A stretch of 64,000 nucleotides of DNA from an uncultured candidate division Zixibacteria bacterium (GTDB lineage Bacteria > Zixibacteria > MSB-5A5 > GN15 > FEB-12): assembly GCA_963806185.1 (NCBI GenBank), contig CAWDXE010000006.1, forward strand, positions 32,001 to 96,000. The letters run 5' to 3'. The position numbers and the translations under genes were made by a program. Positions 1-9,255 of this stretch are shown in pieces. The notes beneath the pieces were generated by a model. The model was given only the letters and a program-made list of their open reading frames with translations. It did no database searches and had not been told where the DNA came from. Within the stretch, counting starts at the first letter, position 1. The number at the start of each line of letters is the position of its first letter.

Positions 1-243
1 GGATGTACGGGTGGTGGCGCCTGTTGCGTCAACACGACGGGCAACGTCGATTGCGGTGCCGACGACAACGTCGATATCGGCGACCTGACGGTGCTGATTG
101 ATCACATGTTCATATCGTTTACTCCGCTTTGCTGCATGGCGGAAGCCAATACTGACGACAATGCCGGGATCGATATCTCGGACCTGACCAGACTGATCGA
201 TCATTTGTTCATTTCGTTTTCGCCGCTGGCGACCTGTCCCTGA
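1..243 (+). CDS. 3' end of a protein with a C-terminal Cys-flanked dockerin-like domain (partial, not in ORF track)
   Basis: Frame 1 reads GCTGGGACCVNTTGNVDCGADDNVDIGDLTVLIDHMFISFTPLCCMAEANTDDNAGIDISDLTRLIDHLFISFSPLATCP-stop; duplicated Ca-binding-loop/helix motif. Confidence 0.85.
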   Translation, partial: GCTGGGACCVNTTGNVDCGADDNVDIGDLTVLIDHMFISFTPLCCMAEANTDDNAGIDISDLTRLIDHLFISFSPLATCP

Positions 244-299
244 ACCGGGTCAGCTTTTTCGATTACTCGTCTGAATCATTTGACCTATATTTCTATCCA

Positions 300-923
300 A
301 TGGATGAAAAACAGCTCATAGCGCGGGCCCAGTCCGGTGATTTTGCCGCATTCACCGAACTCATCAACACCCACAAGGGGCGGGTGTTTGGCCTGGTGCG
401 TCGATTGATCGGCAACGAACAGGACGCCGAGGATCTGGTGCAGGAGACGTTCCTGAAAGCGATCGACAATATCGATCGGTTCCGGGGTGAGGCCGCCTTC
501 GGCACCTGGCTGCACACGATCGCGCTCAATCAAGTGCGGGCTCATGCGGCGAAAGAGAAAGTGCGCGACCTTCGCCCGTTGGAAGATTATCTGCCAATCG
601 CTGACGCCGACGACGGGCATCAGCACGCGGCCGCGCACCTGTCGACGTGGCGTGATCCGCATGCCGAGCTGGAGGCTGACGAACTGCGGCAACGGCTCAA
701 TGCGGCTATCAATGAATTGCCGTACGCCTACCGCGAGGCTTTTGTACTCCGGTATTTCGACGAGTTGTCGGTGAAAGAGATCGCCGCGATTACGGACGAA
801 TCGGAAGCGGCGACCAAGTCAAGAATTCTCCGCGCTCGACTGGCGTTGCGCGAGAAACTGGCCAGACTGTTTGAGGATGTCGATGGAAAAGCGTTGTCCG
901 GATTACATTCAACAACTGAATGA
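300..923 (+). CDS. ECF-subfamily sigma-70 factor
   Basis: DAEDLVQETFLKA region 2, FGTWLHTIALN, region 4 LSVKEIA...KSRILRAR. Confidence 0.95.
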   Translation: MDEKQLIARAQSGDFAAFTELINTHKGRVFGLVRRLIGNEQDAEDLVQETFLKAIDNIDRFRGEAAFGTWLHTIALNQVRAHAAKEKVRDLRPLEDYLPIADADDGHQHAAAHLSTWRDPHAELEADELRQRLNAAINELPYAYREAFVLRYFDELSVKEIAAITDESEAATKSRILRARLALREKLARLFEDVDGKALSGLHSTTE

Positions 924-1140
924 TTATCTCGACGGTCAGGTGGACGCGTCGTTGTGCGCCGAGATTGAGCGGCATATCGGCGAGTGCGCCAACTGCAGGA
1001 TCATGGTCGATACGCTCAAGCAGACGGTGACGTTGTTTCGCGACGACAAGGCCGAAACGCTGCCTCCGGCGCTGGAGACCCGGTTGAATTCACTGCTCAA
1101 GGCGCGGTGGGAACAGAAATTCGGCAAGGCGGCGACATAG
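883..1140 (+). CDS. soluble zinc-finger (zf-HC2/ZAS) anti-sigma factor
   Basis: YLDG...HIGECANC (HxxxCxxC); overlaps sigma gene end; ATG 883 follows GAGGA; no TM segment. Confidence 0.9.
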   Translation: MEKRCPDYIQQLNDYLDGQVDASLCAEIERHIGECANCRIMVDTLKQTVTLFRDDKAETLPPALETRLNSLLKARWEQKFGKAAT

Positions 1141-1171
1141 CAATCCGGGCCGCCGCCTCACAATGGTTTTT

Positions 1172-3298
1172 TCAATGAACCCGTCTGACTTTCCCTACCT
1201 GCTCAAGAATGAACGCATATTCAAAGGCAATCTCCTCGAGTGCGGAATACCTGCCCGATGCCCCACCGTGACCGGCCCCCATGTTGGTCCGCAGGATGAG
1301 TACATTGGAGTCGGTCTTCATGGCGCGGAGCTTAGCCGTCCACTTGGTCCCCTCATAGTAACCGACGCGCGTGTCATTCAGCGACGGTTCAACCAGAAGC
1401 GCCGGGTACGTCTTCGCCGCGACGTTGTCATACGGTGAATACGAGAGCATGTATTCGAAGAAGTCCTTCTGGTTCGGATCCCCCCACTCTTCGTACTCAT
1501 TGGTCGTGAGCGGTATCGAGGCATCAAGCATCGTGTTTATCAGATCAACAAACGGTACCTGTGCCACGGCTGCCTTGAACAGGTCAGGACGCATGTTAAC
1601 GACGGTACCGATCAGCAAGCCGCCGGCCGATCCGCCGATGACCACAAGATGCTCTTTTGACGTGTACTTTTGCTTGATCAGGTACTCCGCCGTGGCAATG
1701 AAATCCGTGAAAGTGTTCTTCTTCTTGAACAGCTTGCCGTCGTCGTACCAGATTCGCCCCATCTCCCCGCCGCCGCGGATATGGGCAACGGCGAAGATAA
1801 CTCCGCGATTGAGCAGACTGAGTCGATTCGATGAAAAGTACGGATCAAGCGAGTAGCCATATGCACCGTAGCCGTCGAGCAGCAGCGGTGCACTCCCATC
1901 GAGACGTACTCCCTTCTTGTACACAAGGGAGATCGGCACTTTGGCGCCGTCGGACGCCGTGGCGAAGAGGCGCTTGCTCTGGTAATCATTCGGATTGTAC
2001 CCGCCGACCACCTCGCGCTGTTTTTTCAATTCCCGTTGCTTCGTCTTCATGTTGTAGTCGTAGACCGATGCAGGCGTCACAAATGAGGTGTAGTTGAAGC
2101 GCAGGACCGGCGAATTGAATTCGCGATTGTCCCCGCCGTCGACCGAGTACACCTGTTCGCGGAAGGTGATCGGCTCATACTTCTTCGCTGCAAAATCATA
2201 CACCCGCGCCGTCTGGTTACCCCTGGTGCGTTCCCACAGAACCATGTAATCGCGATACAGATCGACACCTTCCAGCATGACATCCTTGCGGTGCGGAACG
2301 ATCTCTTTCCAGTTGGCCCGTCCCGGACCGGCCACCGGCGCCTCCATCAGGCGGAAGTTGCGCGCGCTGTCGTTGGTGCGGATGTAGAATTTGTCCCCCC
2401 GGTGATTCACGTAGTACTCGACGTCCTTGCGGCGTGGCTCGATGACGGTAAACTTGCCCATCGGCGCATTGGCGTCGAGCACGTGCACCTCCGACGTAGT
2501 ACTGGTCGCGAGGGTGATGACCAAATAGGCGTTGCTGAGCGTTTTCCCCAGATCCAGCCAGAAGGTGCTGTCCGGTTCGTGGAAAACCTCAACGTCGGTC
2601 TTCGGGTCGGTGCCCAATTCGTGGCGGATAACTTTGTATGGACGCCAGGTCTGGTCGGCGATGACGTAGAAGACCGTCTTGTTGTCGTTGGCGAAGACCA
2701 GCGGGCCGGCGATGCTGTCGACTACTTCAGGGTACAGTTCACCGGTGGCGAGATTCTTGAAATGCAGGGAGTATCGTTCGTTCCCCTGATCATCGGTCGC
2801 ATACGCCAGCACCTGTTGATCGGGGCTCACTTCATTGGTGCCGATCGACATGAAATCCTTGCCTTCCGCCAGCTTGTTGACATCGAGGAGTACCTCCTCC
2901 GGAGCGTCAAGCGTCCCTTTCTTGCGGCAGTATACTTTGTATTGCTTCCCCGCCTCGTCGCGCGAGTAGTAGAAATAACCGCTGTCGCGAACCGGTACCG
3001 ACAGGTCGGTCTCCTTGATGCGCGCCACCATTTCCTTGTAGAGCGTATCGCGAAGATCCTTGGTCGACGCGGTCACGGAATCGGCGTAGGCGTTTTCCGC
3101 TTTGATGTACTCCAGCACGTCGGGATTCTCCCGGTTTCGAAACCAGGCGTAGTTGTCGACCATGACATGCCCGAATAGTGTGTCGATCTTCGGTTCGATT
3201 TTGGCCACCGGCGGCTTCGGAGCGGCGGAGACCGCCGCCATCGAGAATACCAGAACGCCCAGTGACAGCGCACCAGGCCATGAGAGTTTTCGCATCAT
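1172..3298 (-). CDS. ptrB: S9A peptidase, oligopeptidase B-like, with signal peptide
   Basis: GGSAGG nucleophile motif, KKNTFTDF, DTRV, HGGASGR; likely start ATG 3298/3295 before a hydrophobic signal (ORF track starts 3346). Confidence 0.9.
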   Translation of the reverse strand: MMRKLSWPGALSLGVLVFSMAAVSAAPKPPVAKIEPKIDTLFGHVMVDNYAWFRNRENPDVLEYIKAENAYADSVTASTKDLRDTLYKEMVARIKETDLSVPVRDSGYFYYSRDEAGKQYKVYCRKKGTLDAPEEVLLDVNKLAEGKDFMSIGTNEVSPDQQVLAYATDDQGNERYSLHFKNLATGELYPEVVDSIAGPLVFANDNKTVFYVIADQTWRPYKVIRHELGTDPKTDVEVFHEPDSTFWLDLGKTLSNAYLVITLATSTTSEVHVLDANAPMGKFTVIEPRRKDVEYYVNHRGDKFYIRTNDSARNFRLMEAPVAGPGRANWKEIVPHRKDVMLEGVDLYRDYMVLWERTRGNQTARVYDFAAKKYEPITFREQVYSVDGGDNREFNSPVLRFNYTSFVTPASVYDYNMKTKQRELKKQREVVGGYNPNDYQSKRLFATASDGAKVPISLVYKKGVRLDGSAPLLLDGYGAYGYSLDPYFSSNRLSLLNRGVIFAVAHIRGGGEMGRIWYDDGKLFKKKNTFTDFIATAEYLIKQKYTSKEHLVVIGGSAGGLLIGTVVNMRPDLFKAAVAQVPFVDLINTMLDASIPLTTNEYEEWGDPNQKDFFEYMLSYSPYDNVAAKTYPALLVEPSLNDTRVGYYEGTKWTAKLRAMKTDSNVLILRTNMGAGHGGASGRYSALEEIAFEYAFILEQVGKVRRVH

Positions 3299-3335
3299 CT
3301 GATTCCTGCTTCCATCTTCCCGGCCTCGGGTCGGG

Positions 3336-3755
3336 CTATTCTCCAATGATTTTAATGAGTACTCGTTTGCGACGGCGGCCGTCGAATTCGCCGTAAAAGA
3401 TCTGCTCCCACGGACCGAAATCGAGCTTGCCGTTGGTGATGGCCACCAGCACTTCGCGCCCCATGAGCTGACGTTTCATATGCGCGTCGGCGTTGTCCTC
3501 GCCGGTGTCGTTGTGCCGGTATCCGGAGACCGGTTCGTGCGGCGCCAGTTTCTCAAGCCACATGTCGTAGTCCTGGTGCAGGCCGGATTCGTCGTCATTG
3601 ATGAAGACCGATGCCGTGATATGCATGGCGTTGACCAGCACCAGCCCCTCTTTGACGCCGCTCTCCCGAAGACATTGCTCAACCTCGGGGGTGATATTCA
3701 CGAAACCACGACGACTGGGGATATTGAACCAGAGTTCTTTGCGAAATGATTTCAT
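3336..3755 (-). CDS. yjbQ: YjbQ/UPF0047 family protein
   Basis: [36 protein letters not shown] 3755 overlaps thpR stop (ATGA). Confidence 0.9.
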   Translation of the reverse strand: MKSFRKELWFNIPSRRGFVNITPEVEQCLRESGVKEGLVLVNAMHITASVFINDDESGLHQDYDMWLEKLAPHEPVSGYRHNDTGEDNADAHMKRQLMGREVLVAITNGKLDFGPWEQIFYGEFDGRRRKRVLIKIIGE

Positions 3756-4309
3756 TCTTCCGATTGACCTTCGACCGTGAGTGGATAGGATTCCTCGACC
3801 TGATATATCGCACCACTGCTTGACAGCATGCTCGAATATAGGCAAAACTCGTTCACCCGGAAAGGGAGCGATTCATACAGGTTGTACTCGATAATATACC
3901 GGGCGAGGCGCGGGACATTGACGTCGCGAAGTCGGGCGATCGCTACATGCGGGGCGAATTTGCGACGGTCGCGCTCGATGCCGATATGCGAGAGCGTGGA
4001 TTCGATTTTATTGCGCAGGGCAATCAGCGGCTCGGACTTTTGCACGCCCACCCAGATCACTTCCGGCCTACCTTTCGGCGGGAAATGACCGACCCCTTTG
4101 AGGGTTAATTCAAACGGCGCGCGGCGGATTTCACCGAGCGCGGCCATGATGTCCTCAAAAACGCCCCCGTCGACCTCGCCTATGAAGCGCAGGGTGAGAT
4201 GCATTTGCACGGGCGTGAGCCAGCGCGCGCCGGGCACGCCGCCGCTGAGACGGGTGAGTTGTTCCTTGATATGCGTAGGTAGATCTATGGCGACAAAGAG
4301 GCGGTACAT
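3752..4309 (-). CDS. thpR: RNA 2',3'-cyclic phosphodiesterase (2H phosphoesterase)
   Basis: RLFVAI start, HLTLRFIG and PHVAIAR 2H motifs. Confidence 0.92.
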   Translation of the reverse strand: MYRLFVAIDLPTHIKEQLTRLSGGVPGARWLTPVQMHLTLRFIGEVDGGVFEDIMAALGEIRRAPFELTLKGVGHFPPKGRPEVIWVGVQKSEPLIALRNKIESTLSHIGIERDRRKFAPHVAIARLRDVNVPRLARYIIEYNLYESLPFRVNEFCLYSSMLSSSGAIYQVEESYPLTVEGQSEE

Positions 4310-4330
4310 AGCGCAGTTTCTCCAGCCGAC

Positions 4331-4358
4331 AAGATAGGACTTGTAGGCGCGGAGTCAA
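4331..4358 (-). promoter_or_regulatory. possible sigma70 promoter of the thpR operon
   Basis: Minus strand TTGACT-N16-TATCTT just upstream of the 4309 start. Confidence 0.4.
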
Positions 4359-4441
4359 ACATCGTTGATTACACGAAATGGCGGATTGGGCCGTCGATGG
4401 ATTAAGGGCGGTACCAAGTATAGTCGGGTGGTAGTCCGATC

Positions 4442-5086
4442 ATGAAACAGCGATTTCTTGTGTGCACAGTTGTTCTGCTAGCCTCAGGGGCTTGGCAATG
4501 CGCTCATTTGGGCCCGCTTCATCAATCGAACGTGAGGCAGCGGGTCGCCATCGGCGAAGGTAATGTGGTTGGGCACATATCAACTGGCTCACCGGAGATT
4601 CCAGTCGTTGGCGCTGTTGTCCAATTAACTGACGATTCTTCGCGTATTACAGCATCTGACCAGACAGGCGACTTCATCTTTACATCCATCCCCCCAGGAC
4701 GCTATTCGCTTTCGATCTCACACCCAGAATACCAGGAGCGATTTTTCGAAGATGTAATCGTCAAAGCATCTTTAACAACAGAGTTGCGGACGGTGCTTCA
4801 GTTGACAAATCCAGAGAATTTCGGCCAAATCTCGGGGAGTATTTTCGACTCTGTGGCTAACGAGACGATTGTCGGGGCTGTTGTCACCGTGGAGAACACC
4901 ATGCTCAGCACCCGCTCGGATCTCCGCGGCAAGTTTATGTTACAACAGGTTCCGGTCGGGATTCATTCGCTCACTGTAACTCATCCAGAATTCCTGACTC
5001 AGACGATTGATTCAGTCTTCGTGCGAAGTGAACAAACGACAAGGGTGGACTGCTACCCCCAACCTAAACCACGGAGACAGGATTAG
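4442..5086 (+). CDS. secreted protein with two carboxypeptidase-regulatory-like domains
   Basis: Signal-like N-terminus; two G-x-I-x-G...GAVV...SDxxGxF...P(P/V)GxxxLxxxHP repeats. Confidence 0.75.
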   Translation: MKQRFLVCTVVLLASGAWQCAHLGPLHQSNVRQRVAIGEGNVVGHISTGSPEIPVVGAVVQLTDDSSRITASDQTGDFIFTSIPPGRYSLSISHPEYQERFFEDVIVKASLTTELRTVLQLTNPENFGQISGSIFDSVANETIVGAVVTVENTMLSTRSDLRGKFMLQQVPVGIHSLTVTHPEFLTQTIDSVFVRSEQTTRVDCYPQPKPRRQD

Positions 5087-5168
5087 AATTCGATTGTCGT
5101 ACACAACTGAAGTCCGCCGCCTCCACCGACCACCGCCCGTCAGTTCCTCAGATACGTCTGTCGAAAGC

Positions 5169-5799
5169 TTAACCCTTCAGGGCCGTCTCGATCGCTTTCA
5201 GCACCTCGTCTGATTCCGGCTGCGTCTTCGGCTCAAACCGCGCCACTACCTTCCCGTCGCGATCCAATAGGAACTTGCCGAAATTCCACTGAATCTCCCC
5301 CGGGAACGGTGATTTCTCGGTCAGATACTTGTACAGCGGGTGCTCGTCGTCCCCCTTCACCGAAATCTTGGCCATCATCGGAAAGGAGACATCGTACGTC
5401 GACGTACAAAACTTCAGAATCTCTTCATTGGTGCCCGGCTCCTGCCCGCCGAAATTGTTGGCCGGGAAACCGATGATCACCAGCCCCTTGTCTTTGTACT
5501 TCTGGTACAGCTCTTCCAGCCCGGCATACTGCGGGGTATTGCCGCACTTGCTGGCGACATTCAGGAGCAGGACGACTTTCCCTTTGAAGTCGGACAAGGT
5601 GGAGTCGTTGCCGTGGATGGTCTTGAACTTAATTGTCGCGGTAGTCATCAGCCGTCATCTTGCCCTCCTGTGTGGCCGGGGTCGTCGCATTTTTTGCGCC
5701 GTGTTTGGCATGATCTGCCGTCTGTTCATCCGTGCGCGCCATGGTGGTCGCCGATGCTATCACCAACAACGTCAAAATAATTTTTGCGCGATGCTTCAC
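5169..5799 (-). CDS. Cys-type glutathione peroxidase, probably with signal peptide; one frameshift near 5638
   Basis: NVASKCG, GFPANNFGGQEPG, WNFGKFL. An upstream frame encodes a signal peptide (GTG ~5799, VKHRAKIILTLLVIASA); removing one base gives ...MTADDYRTIKFKTIHG. Confidence 0.85.
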
Positions 5800-5948
5800 T
5801 TCAGTTTTTCCCTTTCGCCTTTTGCGCGGTGACTTCCCGGACTGTAAATGGTTAGTTACCAACGATAACAGTGGGAACCCCGGGATAAGTTCCTGCCACA
5901 GCGGGCATTTGTCGCCAATGTGGATACAAATTTCCGCGAAGATTCTTC

Positions 5949-5977
5949 TTGCATAGCGGCGGGGGCGTCTCTATTTT
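5949..5977 (+). promoter_or_regulatory. possible sigma70 promoter for the FN3 genes
   Basis: TTGCAT-N17-TATTTT; would favour the TTG 6052 start. Confidence 0.4.
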
Positions 5978-6051
5978 CCCTGCGAGCTAAAGGCTGCTAC
6001 TCGCACCTTACTTCTTTTTTTCTGCGTACTGGCTTACAGTTTGGGTTGGGA

Positions 6052-6648
6052 TTGAAAAACATAGCATTTGTTGTGCTGATGCTGTTGAGTCAGCCTGTCT
6101 GGGCGGCTATCTCGACGGTCACCTCGATTACAGTTCGTTGGACGGCGCCGGGCGACGATGGCAAGACGGGTCGCGCGACGACGTATGATTTGCGTTATTC
6201 GAAAACGCCTATCACCGACGCCAACTGGACCAGCGCCACTCAGGCCGTCAGCGAGCCGCGCCCGGCTACCGCGGGCACTGTCCAGTCGTGCACGATCTCA
6301 GGCTTGGTGCCTACCACTACCTATTATTTCCGTCTCAAAACAATCGATGACAGGGGGAATGCTTCGAACCTGTCCAACCAGGCCACTGCGGCCACCTGTG
6401 GCGGAAGCTGCACCGGTGTGGTCGGCAATTGCGATTGTAGTGCTGATGGGTCGGTCGATATCCTCGATCTGTCGGTGCTGACAGCGTATCTCTTTCAAAA
6501 CGTACAGCCCACTTGTTGGTGCATCTATGAAGCCAACATCGATAACTCCGCTCCGACCGCCTCGGGGCCGACCATCGACATCAACGATCTGACCATGTTT
6601 ATCGATTACCTCTTCGGTAGGTTCACACCGCTGCAGACTTGTAAGTAG
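6052..6648 (+). CDS. secreted FN3 plus Cys-flanked dockerin-like protein
   Basis: Signal peptide from TTG 6052 (ORF track starts 5920); WTAPGDDG FN3 module; dockerin at 6397-6648 (GNCDCSADGSVDILDL...EANID...DINDLT...LQTCK). Confidence 0.8.
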   Translation: MKNIAFVVLMLLSQPVWAAISTVTSITVRWTAPGDDGKTGRATTYDLRYSKTPITDANWTSATQAVSEPRPATAGTVQSCTISGLVPTTTYYFRLKTIDDRGNASNLSNQATAATCGGSCTGVVGNCDCSADGSVDILDLSVLTAYLFQNVQPTCWCIYEANIDNSAPTASGPTIDINDLTMFIDYLFGRFTPLQTCK

Positions 6649-6774
6649 CTCCTCCTGATTTCTTTCTGCACAATCATCCTTTTTCCGCACAGATGAATCT
6701 CCTCTCGACGATGGTGCCTGACGATTCGGCCGCTTCCCGCCGTTGACGTTGGGGCACTTAGCAATTCCTCCCTG

Positions 6775-9153
6775 TTGGGCCCGGCATTTGTATTAATGCC
6801 ACCCGATTGTCTCGAAAAGGAGTGGCTTAAAAGGAGATTTCTCCATGGATTATCGCCGAATTTTCTCCAACATGGAAGCTTTCCCCCGATTCACGGTTTG
6901 TCCCGCATATTCACATTGTTAGTGCTTGGCGTCATCTGTGCCTCCACCGTGACGGCGGCGCCCAACTCGGTCGTCCTCACCTGGACGGCTCCGGGTGATG
7001 ACGGCAACACCGGCACGGCAACGACCTACGACATCCGGTATTCGACTGCGACGATCACCGCCGCCAACTGGGCCTCGGCGACGCAGGTCACCGGTGAAAC
7101 CGCGCCGAAGGTCGCGGGCAGTGCCGAGAGCTTTACCGTCAACAACCTCACCCCGAGCACGACATACTATTTCGCCATCAAGGCAGCCGATGAGGCCGGC
7201 AACTGGTCGACCCTCTCCAACATCATCACCAAGAGCACGACCGCCGAAACCACGCCGCCGTCGGCCGTCGCAAACCTGACCACCAACGCTTCTACCAACA
7301 GCTCCGTTTCCCTCACCTGGAGTTCACCGGGTGACGACGGCAGCTCCGGTACGGCGACTACCTACGACATCCGGTATTCGACTGCGACGATCACCGACGC
7401 CAACTGGGCGTCGGCGACTCAGGCAACCGGTGAGACGGCACCAAAGGTCAGCGGCAGCACGGAAACATTTGTAATCACCGGCCTGAACCCGAGTACCACC
7501 TATTATTTTGCTATCAAGACAGCTGACGAAGTGCCCAACTGGTCGGCTCTCTCCAACGTCACCAGCCGCGCTACTTCCGCCGAGTCCACAGCGCCGTCGG
7601 CCGTAGCCAATCTCGGCGCCGGCAGTGAAACGGTAAGTTCTGTTACGCTTACCTGGACCTCGCCTGGCGATGACGGCAACACCGGCACGGCGACCACGTA
7701 CGATGTCCGCTACTCGACAGCCTCGATCACTGCCGCCAACTTTGCCAGTGCCACCGCGGCGACTGGCGAACCGGCTCCTAAGGTGGCGGGCAGTGCCGAG
7801 ACATTTGTCGTCAGCGGCCTCAATTCGAATGCCCTGTACTACTTTGCCGTTAAGACGGCCGATGAAGTTCCGAACTGGTCCAGCATCTCCAACGTCGTCA
7901 CTCGCACGACGTTGACGGAAACGACTGCACCGTCGGCGGTGACCTCGCTGGCGACTGTCAGTGTGACGTCGAACGCCGTGACCCTTTCCTGGACAGCGCC
8001 GGGTGACGACGCCAGTACCGGTACGGCGACCACCTATGACCTTCGTTATTCTACGTCAAATATCACCGCCGGCAATTTTGCCAGTGCCACGCAGGTGACC
8101 GGCGAACCGGCGCCGAAGGCCGCCGGCGGTTCCGAGACCTTCACCGTCACCGGCCTTAGTATCAGTACGACGTATTACTTCGCGCTGAAGACGGCTGACG
8201 AGGTCCCCAACTGGTCGAGCATGTCCAATGTACCTTCAGCGACTACGCAGGGTGACGTCACTCCGCCGTCGCCGATTCTCGACCTTGGCGCGGTTGAGGG
8301 TACGGCCGCAGGTGAAGTGATCCTCGGTTGGACCGCTCCCGGCGATGACGGCAATACCGGCACGGCCCGTTTCTACCTGATAAAGTATGCCACCGACAGC
8401 ATCACGCCGGAGTCCTGGGTGACCGCGGACATTTTCAATGATCCGCCGTCCCCGGTACAGGCCGGCGAGCATCAGTCAGTCTCATTGTACGGTCTGGTGC
8501 CGGCGCAAAAGTATTATGTCGCGATGGAGGCGTATGACGAAAACGCCTATCCGTCAGGCATGTCAAACGTCGCGTCGGCCGTGGCCGGCGAGGGCATTGT
8601 AGCTAACTCTGACTCCGGCGAGATCAAGATGGTCTCGCCTGCGAATCAGGTGTTGCACAGTTCCCGCCCGATTCTGAAGATTGAGAATATCGACACGGCC
8701 AACACCAATGACTACACCTTTGCCGTGTCCGCCGATTCCACCTTTGAGTCGGTGGTGTCAATGGCCACTGTCGTCGAAGAACTCGGCAGCACAACGTGCT
8801 GGGAAGTGCCGGTTCGGTTGACTCCGAATCAGCTCTACTTCTGGCGGGTCGACGCCGAGCCGGGCGGCGCCAGTGCCATTGCCTCGTTCATGGTACAACC
8901 GACCACGCACGTTTACCCCAACCCCTACAAGGCGTCCACTGGGAGCTCGGCGACCTTCGCCGAGGTCCCCACTGGATCGCAGATAACGATCACCTCGGTC
9001 TCCGGCGAAACTGTACGGCAGTTCGCCAGCATCGAAAGCGATCAAGTGGCATGGGATGGATTAAACGACTCGGGCAGTCCGGTTGCGTCGGGTGTCTATC
9101 TCTGGTATCTCGATGGTGGCAGTGCCAAGGGGAAAATTGTCGTCACTCGCTGA
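6775..9153 (+). CDS. surface protein with five FN3 (WTAPGDDG-type) repeats and a FlgD-Ig/T9SS-like C-terminal domain; true start uncertain
   Basis: W(T/S)(A/S)PGDD motifs at 6982, 7318, 7654, 7990, 8329; C-terminal VYPNP...WDGLNDSGSPVASGVY...GKIVVTR. Confidence 0.85.
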   Translation: MGPAFVLMPPDCLEKEWLKRRFLHGLSPNFLQHGSFPPIHGLSRIFTLLVLGVICASTVTAAPNSVVLTWTAPGDDGNTGTATTYDIRYSTATITAANWASATQVTGETAPKVAGSAESFTVNNLTPSTTYYFAIKAADEAGNWSTLSNIITKSTTAETTPPSAVANLTTNASTNSSVSLTWSSPGDDGSSGTATTYDIRYSTATITDANWASATQATGETAPKVSGSTETFVITGLNPSTTYYFAIKTADEVPNWSALSNVTSRATSAESTAPSAVANLGAGSETVSSVTLTWTSPGDDGNTGTATTYDVRYSTASITAANFASATAATGEPAPKVAGSAETFVVSGLNSNALYYFAVKTADEVPNWSSISNVVTRTTLTETTAPSAVTSLATVSVTSNAVTLSWTAPGDDASTGTATTYDLRYSTSNITAGNFASATQVTGEPAPKAAGGSETFTVTGLSISTTYYFALKTADEVPNWSSMSNVPSATTQGDVTPPSPILDLGAVEGTAAGEVILGWTAPGDDGNTGTARFYLIKYATDSITPESWVTADIFNDPPSPVQAGEHQSVSLYGLVPAQKYYVAMEAYDENAYPSGMSNVASAVAGEGIVANSDSGEIKMVSPANQVLHSSRPILKIENIDTANTNDYTFAVSADSTFESVVSMATVVEELGSTTCWEVPVRLTPNQLYFWRVDAEPGGASAIASFMVQPTTHVYPNPYKASTGSSATFAEVPTGSQITITSVSGETVRQFASIESDQVAWDGLNDSGSPVASGVYLWYLDGGSAKGKIVVTR
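6982..8600 (+). repeat. intragenic tandem FN3 repeats, 336-nt period
   Basis: Spacings 336, 336, 336, 339 nt; identical 37-mer at 7024-7060 and 7360-7396. Confidence 0.85.
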
Positions 9154-9255
9154 TTCCAACATCTACGTAAGGCCAACGATTACTCGGTCGACCCTGTGGT
9201 CGCGTTTTTCTATTTGTGGGAAGGTCTGAATTCGGAACGGCAGACGCCATCCGCG

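Noticed and set aside
241..299. ECF autoregulatory promoter (GAAC...CGTC)
   Set aside because: Spacing of 22 nt is too long for a typical ECF promoter
5169..5648. Selenocysteine glutathione peroxidase or programmed recoding
   Set aside because: The active site is a TGC Cys codon; the break is a single extra base with no slippery site
6982..8600. Diversity-generating retroelement or mobile repeat
   Set aside because: In-frame domain repeats; no reverse transcriptase or adenine-specific variation seen
9189..9209. Terminator after the FN3 gene
   Set aside because: Only a 5-bp stem (CGACC/GGTCG), offset from the T-run; too weak to call
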